DNA of 64,000 nt from Sphyrna mokarran (lineage: Eukaryota), in NCBI GenBank assembly GCA_024679065.1, contig JAGIQG010000040.1, forward strand, positions 9,920,001 to 9,984,000, read 5' to 3'. Made by a program: the position numbers and the translations under genes. Below, piece by piece: positions 14,001-29,000 of the stretch; position 1 is the first letter of the stretch; each line of letters starts with the position of its first letter. A model generated the notes under the pieces. The model saw only the letters and a program-made list of their open reading frames with translations. It did no database searches and was not told the DNA's origin.

Positions 14001-15959
14001 TCTCGATCATCACAGAATGCATGTGAGTGCCAAGCACGTGTGGGCCTGGAGTCAGCTCTGGGCCAAACTGGGGAATGATGAATGATTTCCTTTCCTGCTG
14101 GGCATTAGAGAATCTGTTACATTGCTTGTATTGGCCACAATTACAGAAACGGGGTTTAAATTCAAAATTGCAATTGCATTTTAAAACCTACGTTCTGTTG
14201 CAGTCAGATTTGAACGTATATCTTGACAAAACTGCCACCCCTCAGAATTACCCTCCCAGTGATATTACCAATTTGTCATTCTCTCCCTTTCCCACACAGA
14301 TAGAGTATTTACAGCAGAGAAGAGGGTCATTTTAAAGCATCGTGCATGTGGTGATCATCTAAGGAAGCAATTCATGTAATAACTCGCTATACCCCACAGT
14401 CCAGAACGTTGTTCATTTTCAGACAGTAATCCTTTGAAAACCATCAACTGGCGCTGCCTGCATCATACTCTCAAACAGCACATTCCAGTTCTGAATCAGT
14501 CACTGTCTGAATATGTTTTTCGTGATGTCTCTATGCCTCTTTCACCAATTAACTTCGACCTGCGCCCTCTGTTACAAAATTCATCTGTCATTTGTCAGTT
14601 CCTCTCTATCTACTCTGTCAAGACCCCTTGGGATTTTGAAGGTCTTAATGAGATCACATCAGTAACTTCCTGTCAAGGAAATCAGTCCAAGTCTCTCCAA
14701 CACATTTTCTTAACGAATTTTCTGACTTCTGGAACTATTCTCGTGTTTTCCCCCTGCATTCTGCCTATTGGCTTTATATTCCTCCTTAAGTTGGTTCCTA
14801 GGACTGGACGTCATTTATGTTGTTGGTACCAATATGAACTCCGACCTCTGGCTGATCACCCTCCCGCTTCAGAATGTCCTTTAACTGTTCAGAAATGTCT
14901 TTCACACTGGCACCAGGAGGTAACATACCATCCTGGAGTCTCGACTGCGGCCATAAATACGCCGGTCTGTGCCCCTAACTAGCGATTCCCTGATTACTAC
15001 TGCTCACTTGTTCTTTGTCAGGTCATGCTCCACAGCAGAAGCAGGCATGGTGCCACAAGCCTGGCTGCTGCAGGTATCTTCCCCTGTCTTGTTTGGGGCA
15101 CGTTACAGAACTTTTGTCCCAGCTGAAACATGTGTGAGAGGTGATGTTTGAGTAGAGATTTGTGTATCTTGGAAGGTGCAACCCAAGATGGTGCAACGTT
15201 GGAAGACATAACCCAGATAAGCGTATCCAGGAAAATGAAAGTCAGGAAAGTTAAATCCTTGAATGGTGCAATTCAGGTGTAACCCTAAAGTTGAAAGCCC
15301 TGTAAGATGAAGCCTTCAGATTGTTGGAAGATAACTTACGATGGAATCCACTGTAACATTTAATGGGCTTGATTTTATTTACAATGGACTCGATTGTAAT
15401 TTACAATGGACTCGAAAATTGCAGTCCCGACGGCAGTGCCTTGGAGGTGGAACCCTCAGAAAAGGAAAATATGGAGAGCAAAGCCCTGGACAGTCGTAGA
15501 TAACTTGCAATTAAACTTATTGTAACGAAGTTGTTTGCTATTGGTTAACGGACCATTGTTAGCTGTCGGTATTGTGTCCATATTATAGCTTGCTAATTTA
15601 TAGTCATTATGAGTTGTTTGCAACATTGGAAGGCTCATTGTGGGTACTTGCAAGGCACACTGGCTGTTTGTTTCTGTGCTATTGTTTGTGCTATTGTATT
15701 AAAAATAAAACGTTTCTTATTGATACTGTGTAAAATTTGGTGTTATCTCTATAATTTATTATTGTGGATCGGTATTGTAATTTGGTTTGTAATCTGAAAG
15801 TGTGATATATTTTGTATTTGTAAACTCTGTGATAAATAAAAATATTGACTCTTACTGATGGCTTTTGAAAACTCTTTTTATAGTGGATTAGAAGGCGAGC
15901 ATTTACACACACACACGTAGCTAACACCATCTCTTCCCTAATACAATGCAGGGTGGAGC

Positions 15960-16675
15960 TATACAATGAATGCAGAACCATCGTGAGTATAGACACACAG
16001 AGGGATCTGGGTGTGGGAATCCACAGATCCTTAAAGGTGGCATCACAGTGGAAAAGGTAGTAAAGAAGACATATGTCATGCTTGCCGTAATTGGACGGGG
16101 CATAGAGCATAAAAGTTGGCATATGATTTTGTAGTTATATAGAAAGTTGGTTAGGCCACATTTGGAATATTGCGTCCAGTTCTGGTCGCAACATTGCCAG
16201 AAGGACGTGGAGACTTTGGAGACTGTGCAAAAAAAAAGGTTTACCAAGATGTTGCCTGGTATGGAGGGTCTTCGCTATGACTGAGTTTGAATAAACGAGA
16301 TTGTTCTCCCTGGAAAGGCAGAAGTTAAGGGGCGACCCAATAAAATTACGAAGGACGTGGATAGGGTGAATAGTTTGAAGCTTTTTTCCCAGATCAGAAA
16401 TGACAAACACAAGGGGCACAAATTCAAGGTAAGGGAAGCGAGGTTGAATACAAGTATGCAGGGAACGTATTTTACACAGAGGATAGTGGGGGCCTGGAAT
16501 GCACTACAAGCAAGGTGGTTGAGGCAGACACGCTAGGATCATTTAAGACTTATCTAGATGGCCACACGAACAGACTGGGAATAAAGGGATAAAAACAGAT
16601 AGTCTAATTAGGAATACATGATCAATGCAAGCTTGGAGGGTCTAAGGGCCTGTTCCCGTGCTGTACTGTTCTTTA
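15960..16675 (+). mobile_element. Older CR1 LINE 3' fragment
   Basis: Degenerate [12 protein letters not shown] region and CR1 3' tail. Confidence 0.85.
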
Positions 16676-17482
16676 TTTTCAACTTCTATCTTGGACTGAC
16701 AATATTGACTTGTTTTTTTTTACAGGCTACTAGAAGATCATGTTAAAAATCAAACCAACATCAGATTGGAACCTGACGGATTCACTCAATTCATCAGAAC
16801 CTGAATGTCATTGTGTCATGAAGAGAATTGAAATTAGGAATGACAATTTTAAATAGATATGCTCTTTAACCAGGACCCGTGTAGGTCAGTGATTACAGGA
16901 ATACAAACAGATTCATATTTATCATGGGTTGAATATGGGAGGCTCCAGGGAATAAAGGAATGAAAGTTTCAGAAACAGGAGCTCTGACAGAATCGTATTG
17001 AGCGACGTTATTGGGATATGTTAGGAACAGGAAGAGGGTTAATTTAAACCACATTATTTTTTCCTATCATCAGCTCTCCGTGAACAGAAAGATGTTTTTG
17101 ACTTCACTACTTCTGTCTAAGTGGGGGCATATGTCCCAACCACTTGGGATAGGGTAAACTCAAAAAAATTGTTCATTTACACACAATAAAAATGTAGCAA
17201 ATGGTCTCAGCATTGAACCTTTGAATTCATAGACAAATGTTGGACAGAGAAGGGAAAGATTTACAGAGCAAAGATCACAGTTGACAATTGTGTTACACAT
17301 GGTTCCACAGTCCAGAATCACAACGTCTCTTCTGGGATAATGGAGTGTGTGTTTCCTGCCCTGGCCAGATTACTGAGAATGTCAGTATTTGTGTGGTTGC
17401 TGCATTTTGTACAGTGTGGACGTGGTGGAATGTGTTTGGAGACAAGATGTCCCAGTTCCCCAATCTTGGATTTTCAGTATGC

Positions 17483-18940
17483 AAAGAACAAAGAACAAAG
17501 AAAATTATGGGATTGGAACAGGCTTTTCGGTCTTCCAAGCCTGAACCGACCTTGCTGCCCAATTAACTAAAACTCCCTACCCTTCCTGGGACAATCTCCC
17601 TCCATTCCTATCGTCTTCAGGTACTTGTGAGGACGCCCCCTAAAATTCACTACCGTATCTGCTTCCATTACTTCCCACAGCCATGATTTCCAGGCACCCA
17701 CTACTCTCTGCGTAAAAAATCTGACTCGTATCTCTTCTTTAAATCTTGCCCATCACACTTTAAACCGACACACTCCTAGACTTTTCCACCCTGGGAAAAA
17801 ATAAAGGCTTTTCACTATCCTCTTGTCCATGCCTCTCATAATCTTATAGACTTATATCAGGTCTCCCCTCAACCTTTGTGGCTTCAGTGAGAACAAACCA
17901 AGATTTTCCAACCTTTCCTCATAGCTGATACCCTCCATAGCAGACAACATCCTGGTAAATCTTTTTTTCTGTACCCTCGTCAAAGCCTCCACACCCTTCT
18001 GGTAGTGTGGCAGTGAGAATTGAACATTATATTCCAAGTACGGTCTAATTAAGTTTCTATAACGCTGCAACATGACTTGTCATTTGCTTTTAAACTCAAG
18101 ACCCCGGCCGATGAAAGCAAGCGTGCTTATGCCTCTTGACTAACTTGCATTGTCACTTTCAGTGACCTGTGTACCTGTACACCTAGATCCCTTTGCTTAT
18201 CAATACTCTTAAGGGTTCTGCCATTTACTGTATATTTCCTATTTTTATTAGATCTTCGATAATGCATTACCTCACATTTGTCCGGATTAAACTCCATCTG
18301 CCATCTCTCTGCCCAAGTCTCCAATTGATCTATATATCTGTTCTATCCTTTGATATCCTCAACGGTATCCGCTAATCCATCAACCTGTGTCGTCGACAAA
18401 TTTCCTAATCAATCCAGTTACATTTGCCTCCGAAACATTATGCATAACAAACAGCAAAGGTTCAACACTGATTCCTGAAAAACACTGTTTGTTACAACCC
18501 TCCATTCAGAAATGCATCCTTCCACTGCTACCCTCTGTCCTCTTTGAACCAGCCAGTTTTGTATCTGTCTTGTCACTTCACCTCTAATCCAAAGTGACAT
18601 CACCTTCTGCACCAGTCTGTCATGAGGGACCTTTCCAAAGGCCTGATTGAAGTCCATGTAGACAACATGTACTGCCCTACTGTCATCAAACATTTTTGTC
18701 ACTTCCTCGAAAAACTCGATTAGGTCGTGAGAATCAACTTTCCCTTCACAAAACCATGTTATCTCTCACTAATACGTCCACTTATTTCCAAGTGGGAATA
18801 AATCCTGTCTTCGAAGAATCCTCTCCAGTAATTTCCCCACCACTTATGTAAGGCTTACCGGTCTGTAATTAGCTGGATTATTCTTGCTACCCTTCTTAAA
18901 TAAAGGAACAACATTGGCTATTCTCCAATCCTCTAGGAAC
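17483..18940 (-). mobile_element. CR1 LINE fragment (RT)
   Basis: ORF pieces VYMDF..AFGKVPH, WQMEFNPDKCEV, RPYLEY; frameshifted. Confidence 0.9.
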
Positions 18941-19429
18941 TCCCCATCTTACTTGAGGATACCATCCACCAGGTACACGGCACATATTCTCACAACTCAG
19001 CCAATATGGTATGCTGCAGGAAAGGATGTCTCAAGGCATGCTACATTGAGAGGCCATGCAGATGGTACGACGTCTGGCTATTCACCTTCTCCTTTCAGAA
19101 TGTTTTCTGCTCCAACATTTATTGCCTGTCCCTAGTTGCCCTTTGACGGCATGGAGAGTCACCTATATTGATGTAACTCTGCTGTTTCATGCAGGCCAGT
19201 CCAGGTAAGGACGGCACATGTCATTCCTAAAGACATTAGTGGACCAGACAGATTTTGCAACAATGGTTTCGAGGTCATCAGTCGATTCTTAATGCAGATT
19301 TAAAAAATACATTGCACCATTTGTCGTAGTGGGATTTGAACTAGGAAGCAGAGCACATTAGCCAGGTTTCTGGATTAATAGTCGAGTGACAATGTTATTA
19401 GTTCATCACCTACACTGAAGCAAGCTTCT

Positions 19430-19755
19430 CGGCTGACGTTCATTCAACATTACTGCTGGATTCGTCACCAAGACTTGCTTGTAGTCACACTCTCCTATCC
19501 CTGACCTATGAGCAAATTTGATGTAGTTATTCCAAGGGCTGTGACTGCCTCCTGAAACACAGCACATCGCTAATGCACCTCCTCCTTGATATGCCACAAT
19601 GTTAAAAGCTCAGACTCCAGCTCATCAAATCTGAATTGGACTTCCTCGAGGAACCAACACTTCCTACAAATGTGTTCGCAAGCAAACACAAATGGGTCTG
19701 CAAGCTCCCATGCCATGCAACTACAACACGTTACCTGGTCCTGCATCTTCATTTT
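19430..19755 (-). mobile_element. CR1 ORF1 remnant (Cys-rich zinc-finger/leucine-zipper-like)
   Basis: CCSCMAWE...HICRKCW..LEE...ELESEL pattern typical of CR1 ORF1. Confidence 0.65.
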
Positions 19756-20050
19756 ATCGATTCAGTTCTAGTTTGTTTTAAACTTGTCGCTAATATTCTA
19801 CTTGGAGCTATTTTCTCGATAAACTTCAGAGATAGTATCCCACCAGCAAAAATCTAAATCCGCTTTGAATCTGTTAGAATGGGAAAGTGTGTTTTTTTTT
19901 TTATTCGTTCGTGGGAAATGGACCTCACTGGCTAGCCATCATTTATTACCAATTCCTAGCTGCCCTTGAAGGGCCGTTGAGAATTAAACACATCACCGTG
20001 GTTCTGGAGCCACATGTAGGACAGACTAGGCAAGGAAGTAAGATTTCCTT

Positions 20051-20348
20051 CATAGAACATAGAACATTACAGCGCAGAACAGGCCCTTCGGCCCTCGATG
20101 TTGCGCCGACCAGTTGAGAAAAAGCAATGACCCTCTAACCTAAACCATTCCCTTTTCATCCATAAATCTATCCACTGACCACTTAAACGCCCCCAAACTT
20201 GGCGCATCTACAACTGCTGCAGGCAGGGCATTCCATACCCTTACCACCCTCTGGGTAAAGAACCTACCTCTGACATCCGTCCTATAACTACCACCCCTTA
20301 ATTTAAAGCTATGTTCCCTCGTGCTAGCTTTCTCCATCCGAGGAAAAA
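20051..20348 (-). mobile_element. Young CR1 3' end
   Basis: PRMEKASTR...WNALP and tail, inserted in an older repeat. Confidence 0.9.
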
Positions 20349-20899
20349 TAATATTCCCCAAATGACATTAGTGAACAAGAAAAGTTTTTTTTTTCTTCTG
20401 ACAATCGACAATGGTTTTGTGGTCATCAGTTGATTTTTAATTCCAGATTTTTTTTATTAAATTCAAATTCCACCCGCTGCAGTGACAGGGTTCAAACCAG
20501 GGTCCCCAGAACATTAAAAACATCGGGAACGCTTCCTGAAGCTACGACATCAGCAGGAGCTGCTCAGAAAACCCTCTCAGTGTTCCTTCCAAGGACTTAC
20601 TCGCCAATCAGCTGCTTCCGTTAGCGCCACGTCACTTTCTGAAATATAATGTCTGGTCGACACCTATCCACACTGGAGCGGGCAGCAAGGGGCCGGGTAG
20701 TAAGGGAGTCAAGACACAGCAACACTTCTCCACCCATTTCCCCAGACTCCCACACTTACCCCAACTCTCGGCGTTTCACCCTTTGCAGATTGTACTGTGT
20801 GGAGCTCAGTGAATGGGCAGATTTCACAGGCTTCAGTTCGGTAGGTTATATTTGGGCATGTCCAATTCATGAACGAGTTTGAAGTCATTGCACCACTCC

Positions 20900-22295
20900 C
20901 CCTTAAAACTTGAGTAACCGCCGAGGGCTGACGACCTTGGAAGCCTTTTCTGGAGTTTCAATGCTGGGTCCGGTTCCTCCTGCTCAGCCTCGGAAGTGAA
21001 TGGAGTTCAGCAGAGCTCGCCACTTCCACGATAAGCATTGTGGCCAGAATTCCCTTTATTCGGTGACAATGTGGTCAAGAGGCTAAACCTGCTGTGTGCA
21101 TTTCAGATTCTGTAGTTCTCGCTGGCAGAGATGGATAGCATGAGCTGGAGTGCCTGGAATTCTTTCCTGGGAATTGATTTTTCCAGCACGATTTGGTACT
21201 TCATGGCTTGTAAATGACAGCAGTATTCCCATAAGATGGTATCTCCCAAATGGACTTGATAGGAAACTGGCCCAGTCCTGGACTTAACCAGTGCCTCATA
21301 ACCACGCCGATCAATTGCCATGATTATTTACTAATAACCCATCAACTGCCTTTAAGTGGCTTTCCCGGTTGGTGGGATAAGCACTGAGTGTCTTGATGCC
21401 TTGCTAACCTCCTGCCCTCAGGAAAATCAGACTCAACCTTGGGTAGAGTCATCTTCCCATGCGGAACTCTGCTGGGGCTATTCTGGTCATTAAATGGATG
21501 GTGAAGGGCTGGGGTGGAGGGGGAACGGGGAGGGCGTCATCCTATAATTGAAGATGATTGTGAATGGTTTTGTGTCCAAAGAGGCTGTGGGCTGGTTTTC
21601 AGATGTGCAGAGTGGTGACTGGTGATAGCGCTGCCATTATTACTGATATTGTCAACATTGACGCATGGACAAAGATCTATATCCATACTTGCCACAGACA
21701 TGGCAACTTGAAAGATTTTCAGTTTGCCACTCTTGGGTTGCCATGGTAAAGTTAATCATGGGATGGTAAAATTGAGCCAGAATGACATTCCTGAGCCTCT
21801 TAGGATTGTGCCATCTTCCACAGTCAGCTGCTGTCTTCCACTCCAATATGATGCAATTCAGGCTGTAACGGCCTTTTGGGTTCTCCCAGCAGCCCAAGCT
21901 GCTTCAATTCTATGCTAGCATCTCCACATCTTGGCGATTATCGACCCCACAAACTGCCAGCACCAAGTGGAGAGGATTTCCAAGAAGACCACACGTACCG
22001 TCACAGACACACGCTGGCATCTCCAGTTCAATTCATTCAGGAATGGGTAATTTTGCCTCCACAGCCGTATATTATTGTAGCCACCTGGAGAATTTGAAAA
22101 ATATTCTTGATTATCGTCTCTTGCACAGCCTATTAATCATCGCCAACTCAAGGCATCTGCCTCAGCAACTCGGCTCCTGGAGGGTGTTCCAATCAGTAAT
22201 ATGGCCAACAGTAATAAAGACCACAGCTGAATATGGGCCGATGTTATGGGTTACACTGCCATGCAGGTACTTCTGGATCTTCTTTGACCAAACTA
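20900..22295 (-). mobile_element. Degenerate Ty3/Gypsy pol/integrase remnant
   Basis: KSRTGPVSYQV is integrase C-terminal-like; other pol-like fragments; many stops. Confidence 0.6.
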
Positions 22296-22309
22296 TCACC
22301 GTAGACGAA

Positions 22310-22600
22310 GTGTCACAGTGGTTAGCGCTGCTGCCCTATTACACCAGAGACCTGGGTTCAATTCCTGGCTTAGGTCACTGTCTGTATGTAGCCTGCACAT
22401 TCTCACCATTTCTGCGTGGTTTCCTCTGGTTTCCCCGGTTTCTTCCCACAGTCTGAAAGACGTGCTGGTTACGTGCATTGGCCAAGTTAAAGTCTCCCTC
22501 AGAGTACGTAAAAAGTCTCCAATGTGTGATGATTAGCCGATTTTCACAGTAACTTCATTGCAGTGTGAAGTAAGCTTACATTTGACACTTTATAAATGAT
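22310..22600 (+). mobile_element. HE1/V-SINE-like element
   Basis: cagtggttagcgctgctgcc...gggttcaattcc A/B boxes, V-core and 3' tail. Confidence 0.8.
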
Positions 22601-23279
22601 AAACTTCCTCTGAATTTGAATTGTTGAATATTGCTGGGAATTCTCATTGAGCTGTTAGTGCAAGTGGACGTGAATAAGTTCATAATCAGAAACAGGAATC
22701 ATGCTGACAGTTTTGAGTTGAAATTCTCAATCCAAGGGATTGGAGACTTATCCACCTGTGACAAACAGTTTACCACTTGTTTAATTTTTAAATGCTGGTC
22801 GGCCAGCAGTTATTGTCTATCCCTCGTTGCCCATGGTCAAAGGATAATTCAGTGTCATCCAGATTGCTGTGACCATGGAGTCATATTTAGGTCTGACTAC
22901 ATAAGGACAACAGATTTCCGTCCCTTAGAGAACCAGCTGTGATTATTTTTTTCGGAAAATCGGCAAAGGTTTTATGGAAACCAGCTGAATCTGAATTCCA
23001 GATGTATTTATTCAAATTCCACCATCTCCTGTGGCATGATTGGGACCCGAGTGCCAGAACATTAGCTGAGTTTCTGTATTAATAGTCCAATGATAAAATC
23101 ACCAGTCCATCAAATCCACACCCTGAGTGTACGCATTCTGAGTTCTGGTAACCTAGTCACACTATATTATACACGTCTGCTGGGTTTACAGATTGGACAG
23201 AATTAACTGCATCAATCAGGGAGCTCATATTCCAATAGCTCCACCTGATGCATATGATTAAATTCATTAAATATGTATT

Positions 23280-23813
23280 TCTGTTTCTCCGTCTTTCTGT
23301 GCACCTCTCTCTCTTTCCCTCTCTCTCTCTCTTCTCTCTGTCTCTCTCTGTGCATGTTGTTCCATGTCTCTTACTGTCTCCTACTGTCACTTTCACTCTC
23401 CTTCAACCTCCTCTCTCTACCCTCTCCTTCTGCCTCTCCTGCCTCTCAATCACATTCTATTTCTCACGTTCCATCACCATCTCCGTCTCCATCACCGTAG
23501 CTGTCCCTTTCCTTCTTTCTCTCTATCTCGCTATTTTTTTTGTTCTCGCCATGTCCATTGTATTCGTTCAGTCTCACTCTTTCCCTTTCACTGATGCTCT
23601 TGTTCCCTCTCTGTATCTCTGTTTCTCTCTGCCCCTGACTATTACCCAGTGCCTACTTTTCTGTCTCTCTTTCCCTTTTAACTTTCTCGCTTTTATATCA
23701 AATCTTTCCATCTGTCCTCCTATGACTCCTTTCTTTCATTCCCTATGTACCTCCCTCGTCACCTCCACCAATCTCTATCGCTGTCTCTCTCGCTCTGTGA
23801 GAGTGTCTCTCTG

Positions 23814-23844
<31 letters not shown>

Positions 23845-24010
23845 GGTCTCTCTGTTTCTTTCCCTGTATCTGTTAGAAACTCTTTCAAAATTGGCCAATC
23901 TCCATATATTTGTGCCCTCTCCGCTCTCTATCAATCATTGTTTTTCCAGCACTTTCATCGTTGCTCACACTGTCTCCTTTCTATCTATCATTCTTTCTGT
24001 TTCTGTGAGG
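23280..24010 (+). repeat. CT-rich low-complexity region
   Basis: Visible directly; accounts for the spurious 282-aa ORF. Confidence 0.8.
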
Positions 24011-24077
24011 CTGTTTCTTATTTACAATTTGAATGCCCAATAGAAAAAGTCAGTGGTCTTGTAGTTATAGTTCCCTC

Positions 24078-24974
24078 TCAGGGTGTATTGAGTTGAAGAA
24101 CAGCGGTAAGGGGATATTTCAGGATACTTTTTAGCTGCTGTCTGAAGTCTGTGTCACAGCGTAAATGGCAATGTTTGTGCAGCAACTTGTGAGTTGTAGC
24201 ATGAAGCCGAATTCCATAACAAAATAATCTAACTGTACCGATCGAAAGCCCAAATCATACATCCGAAACCATATAGAATAAACCATTAATGTCGACCATA
24301 ATAGGATAAATTGGCTGAGATAACAAACAGTAAAACGATGGATTTCCTTCGACTCTCCATTTCTGGGTCTCTGGGATTCTCCCTACTTTTTTGAGCCTGG
24401 AGTCTCCTGCGGGCTCTGCTGCTCACTAGAATGTGTCTGACAGTGAGAGCATTGAGTAGCAGAATCAGGACAAATGGGACACAAGGAGTTAGAATGTGGT
24501 GGAGGAACTCGATTGTTCCCCAAATCGGGGATTCCATCACATCATACATGACCAAACAAAACCAGGGGACATTCCCCAGCTAATATTCATTTAACAACAT
24601 AAAATACCAGAAAATGTTCTTTAAACAGCTCAGCGCCGTCACTGTTCCCAGAACCACAGCTGCTGATTTTTCATTGCAATATTTACTTTTCAGCTTGGGG
24701 CAGCAAATGGCCACAAATCGATCAAAGGTGAAAGTGACAGTGAACCAGACAGAACAGTCAGTGGCTGCGTAAAGCAAGGCAGCGTGGATGTTACACACGG
24801 GGACTGATAGCAAAAAATTAAACTGTTCCAGATAAACAATGGGAATATGTCTCAATATTAAGTCGAGGATAACGACCAGCAGATCCCCCACTGACATGGC
24901 CACCAGATAACAAGTGACACATTTGGACAGACCACAGTTTCTGCTCGTCAGTGTCACAATTGTGATTACGTTCA
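24078..24974 (-). pseudogene. GPR139/GPR142-like GPCR exon 2 (TM1-TM7), disrupted
   Basis: Acceptor ttccatacag; motifs YLVAMS..DLL, SVWFTVTFTFDRFVAIC, PF.LILLLN, SRRKSI.LL, CCTN..IY. In-frame TAG at 24580-24582 and frameshifts near 24310 and 24147. Confidence 0.92.
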
Positions 24975-25559
24975 CTGTATGGAAAGATATAAAAAATAAA
25001 ATTAGATATTCAGTGAAAGAAATTACCATTTAGACTGAGGATGGGTTAACATAAAAAATACACACAGAAAATTTTCTTATTTTTATCCAGAACGTCTTTT
25101 GCAGTCTGAGAGGAAAGTGGAGCATCCTGAGTAAACCCACGCAAATTCGATGAGAAGGTCCAATCTTCACACAGACAGTGACTCCACCCTGGAACTGAAC
25201 CGAGGTCCCTCCATTATAATGATACATATTTGGGTGACAGTTTCACCCAGAGTTCACAACGTTGACCCTCACTCAGCAACAGGTAAATAGCCCCTGTACT
25301 TTTTGGATGGATTTGGAGGATAAGAAGGCTGAAAGATTAAACCCTGATGGGAATTCTGGAGTACAGTCTGTAGGTGGTAATCTTCCGTGTCTCAGTCAGA
25401 TTACAGGCAAGCCCTGCAATAGAGCTGATACAAACTGTGCTGGTTTCACTCTTTCATCTGGACAATACCGACAGTTGGAAGAGGGAGATCCTGAAGCCTC
25501 AACAGTTCTGACTCTATTATACTTACATAGAACTGTACCCTGGAGAGGAGACCACAGGC

Positions 25560-26020
25560 TTGTGGCCATCATTTGCACAACACAAGACAAAATAGTAATC
25601 TCACACTCGACTGGCACAAAACTCAAGTACCAGGGTGTTCTTTTAACAGCGGGAGAAACCTTCAGGCTTCAGTGAATAGCTACCGACCATAGTGCCCAGT
25701 GTGTTTGCTACTGCCCCACTATGGTCTACTGGACCATTGAGGATCAATGCATCCTCTCTCAGTAGGGAAGTTGATAATCTATGGCAAGAAAAACTCAAAC
25801 CAAGGCCACTACCAAGGAAAAGCCAATCAAGTTGTGTGAATGACTGTCGTCCAGTGAATCTGACATTCAATCTTATGAAATGATCAAAAGTTTAGTCATG
25901 AAATGAATCAGTTCCAGCCTCCTTGATGGCCTGGATCCATTACAGATCATATTCCTCCACAACAGGTCCACAAATGCCATCTACCCGGCCATACAGTCAA
26001 CCCTGTAATGCACACTCGTG
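25560..26020 (+). mobile_element. Rex1/Babar-like LINE RT remnant (probable 3' part at ~29720-29950)
   Basis: SCVNDCRPVNLT..LMK resembles the CLNDYRPVALTS..MK motif. Confidence 0.55.
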
Positions 26021-26024
26021 TTTA

Positions 26025-29000
26025 TCATAGAGTCATACAGATTTACAGCATGGAACAAGTCGTTGGACAAACTTGTCTTCCCATCGATTTTTAAACCCCC
26101 AAACTAATCCCCATTGCCCACATTTGGCCTACATTCCTCTATACCCATCATATCCATATAACTATCTAAATGATTTTCAAAAGATAAAATTGTAGCCGCC
26201 TATATTACTACCTCTGGTAGCTTGTTCCTGACACCCCAACCCTCTGTATGTCTGTCAGGACACTTTTGAATCTCTCCCCTTAAACTTATGCCCTCTCGTT
26301 TAAATTTCCCTGGCTTGGAAGCAAAACAAATATTGACTATCTACCTTCTCTATGCACCTCATTATTTTATAGACCCCTATAAGGTCTCCCCTCAGCCTCA
26401 AACGTTCGAGAGAGAGAGAAAAAAAACAGTCTATTCAGCATCTCCTTATAACTCAATTAATCAAGTCCCGGTAGCATCCTTGTAAATCTTTGCTGCACTT
26501 TCTCTAGTTTAATAATATCATTTCTATAATAGGGTGACCAGAACTGCACACAACATTCCAAGTGTGGATCTACCAATGTCGTGTACGACTTCAACAAGAC
26601 ATCCAAACTTCTATATTCAATGTTCTGACAGATGAAATCAAGCATGCCTTCTTCACCACTCTATCCATCTGTGACTCGACTTTCAACAAGCTATGAACAT
26701 GCACCCCTAGATTTTGTTTTTGTATAATCTCTCCAACGCTGAACTAAGCTCAGGACTTAACTAAGTAAGTCCTGCTCTAGTTCAATCTATCAAAATGCAT
26801 CACCTCACATTTTCCAAAGTTAAACTCCATCTGTCATTCATCAGCCTACTGGCCCAAGTGATCAAAATCCCGCTGAATTATGAGAGAAATCTTCCCCATT
26901 GTCCACCATGCTAGCAATCTTGATGACATCTGCAAATTTATTAACGATGCCCCCTGTATTTGCATTCAAATCATTAATATAAGTGACAAATAACAGGAAG
27001 CCGAGCACTGATCCCTGAGGCATACCGCTGGTCAAAGGCCTTCAGTTTGAAAATCAACTCTTTACAACCACACTCTGGCTTTTGTCAAGAAGCTAATTTT
27101 GTATCCACATACACACCTCACGCTGGATCCCGTGATATTTAACTTCCTATCATGTGGTACCTTGTCAAGGCCTTGCTAAAGTACCTGTAGACAACATCAA
27201 CTTCACGACCTTCATCTCCCTTCTCGAGTACCCCTTCAAAACATTCACTCAAATTCGTGAGACATGATTTTCCACTACAAAACCATGCTGATTGTCCTTA
27301 ATCAGTCTCTGCATCTCTAAATGCCTGTACATTATGTCTCTCAAAATATCTTCCAACAATTTACCCACCACAGATGTGAGGCCCACTGGCCTGTAGTTCG
27401 CAGCCTTTTTCCTCCAGTCTTTTTTAAACAAAGGCACAGCGTTTACTATTTTCCCATGGTCAAGGCACCTCATCCATGACTATCGATGATTTAAATATCT
27501 CGGCTACGGGACTCGCAATTTCCTCCCTAGCTTTCCACAACGTCTTGGGATATATCTCATTAGGTCCCGCAGGTTTATCTACTTTGATGTGCTTAAAGAT
27601 TTCCATCACCTCCTTCTCTGTATTATGTACACTCCCCCAGACATCAGTATTTAATATCCCAAGTTCCCTAACATCCATGCTTTTCTCAACAGTAAACACT
27701 AATGAGAAATATTCACTTAGGTTCTCATCCATCTGTTGTGAATCTTGTTGATGACCTTGTTGATCTTAAAGAGGTCCTACTCTTCCCATTATTACACTAT
27801 TTCTTTTATGCATTTGTAGACGCTCTTTGGATTCTCTTTTGCCTTATCTGCCGAAACAATACTGTGTCCTCTTTTTGCCCTCCTGATTCCTCTCTTAACT
27901 CTATTCCTACACCCGCTACACTCTTTGAGAGATTCACTTGATCCCAGCTGCCTATACATGTCATATGCCTCTTTCTTCTTCTTGACCAGGGTCTCAATAT
28001 CTCGAGTCCCCCAGGATTCCCGACTTCTGCCCTTGCTTTTCACTCTAAGAAGAATGTGTTTGCCCTGAACTCTATTTAACACACTCTTAAAAGCATGCCA
28101 TTTACCAGACTTCCATTTTACCTTCCCACAGATTCCCCCAATTAACTATTGCAAGTTCCTGCCTGATTCCATCAAAATTGACCTTGCCCCAATTTAGAAT
28201 GTTAACTTTTGGGACAGACCTATCATTCTCCACAGCTATCTTAAAACTAATAGATTGATCACTGGTTCCAAAGTGATCCCTCAATAACATTTCTGTCACC
28301 AGCCCTTCCTCATTTCCCAAGATGAGTTCAAGCTTTTTCCCCTCTCTAGTCGGGCCATCCACATACTGAATGAGAAATTCCTCAACAAATCCAATCCTCT
28401 AACACTATGACTGTCCCTGGCAATGCTGGTAAAATTAAAATTTCCGACTATTGCCGCCGTTTTGTTTTAGATCCATCAGTAATCTCCCTCATATTTGCTC
28501 CTCAATTTCCCACTGAATATTTGTGGGCCTGTAGTACAACACTATGAAAGTGATTTCCCCCTCTTATTTATTGTTTCAATCCATATAGTCTCATTGACCG
28601 AACCCTCAGATGTATCCCCTCTCAGCATCGCTGTGATGCTTTCCCTAATCAAAAGTACAACTCCCCCTCCCCTCTTATCTCTTGTTGTACCTTTCCTATA
28701 ACGTCTGTACCCTGGAACATTACGCTGCCAATCCTGTCCCTCAGCGAGCCATGTTTCAGTAATTTCTATAATATCCCAGTCCCGCATACCCATCAACCCA
28801 TCAATTCCCTGAGTTCATCTACCTTGCCCGTCAGGCCTCTTGCAGATTAATCTGGGCTTCCCTTGCTCTCTATTTTGCTTTCGCCTGATCTGTCTGGTAT
28901 TAGGATTACTGAATGCCTTTACTAATTAATGTGCTCGCTTTCATTTCCATATTGTCCTCAAACTTCTCTTCTGTCCCTCTCCTGCTTTTGGATCTCACCC

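Noticed and set aside
14434-14982. 182-aa ORF
   Set aside because: Lies over degenerate antisense CR1-derived sequence; no coherent protein.
15377-15415. 17-bp direct duplication atttacaatggactcga
   Set aside because: Real but a trivial slippage or repair scar, with no evidence of function.
22310-22380. tRNA gene
   Set aside because: The A/B boxes belong to a tRNA-derived SINE head followed by the V-core.
23248-24096. 282-aa plus-strand ORF
   Set aside because: Translation of a CT-rich low-complexity tract; no domain motifs.
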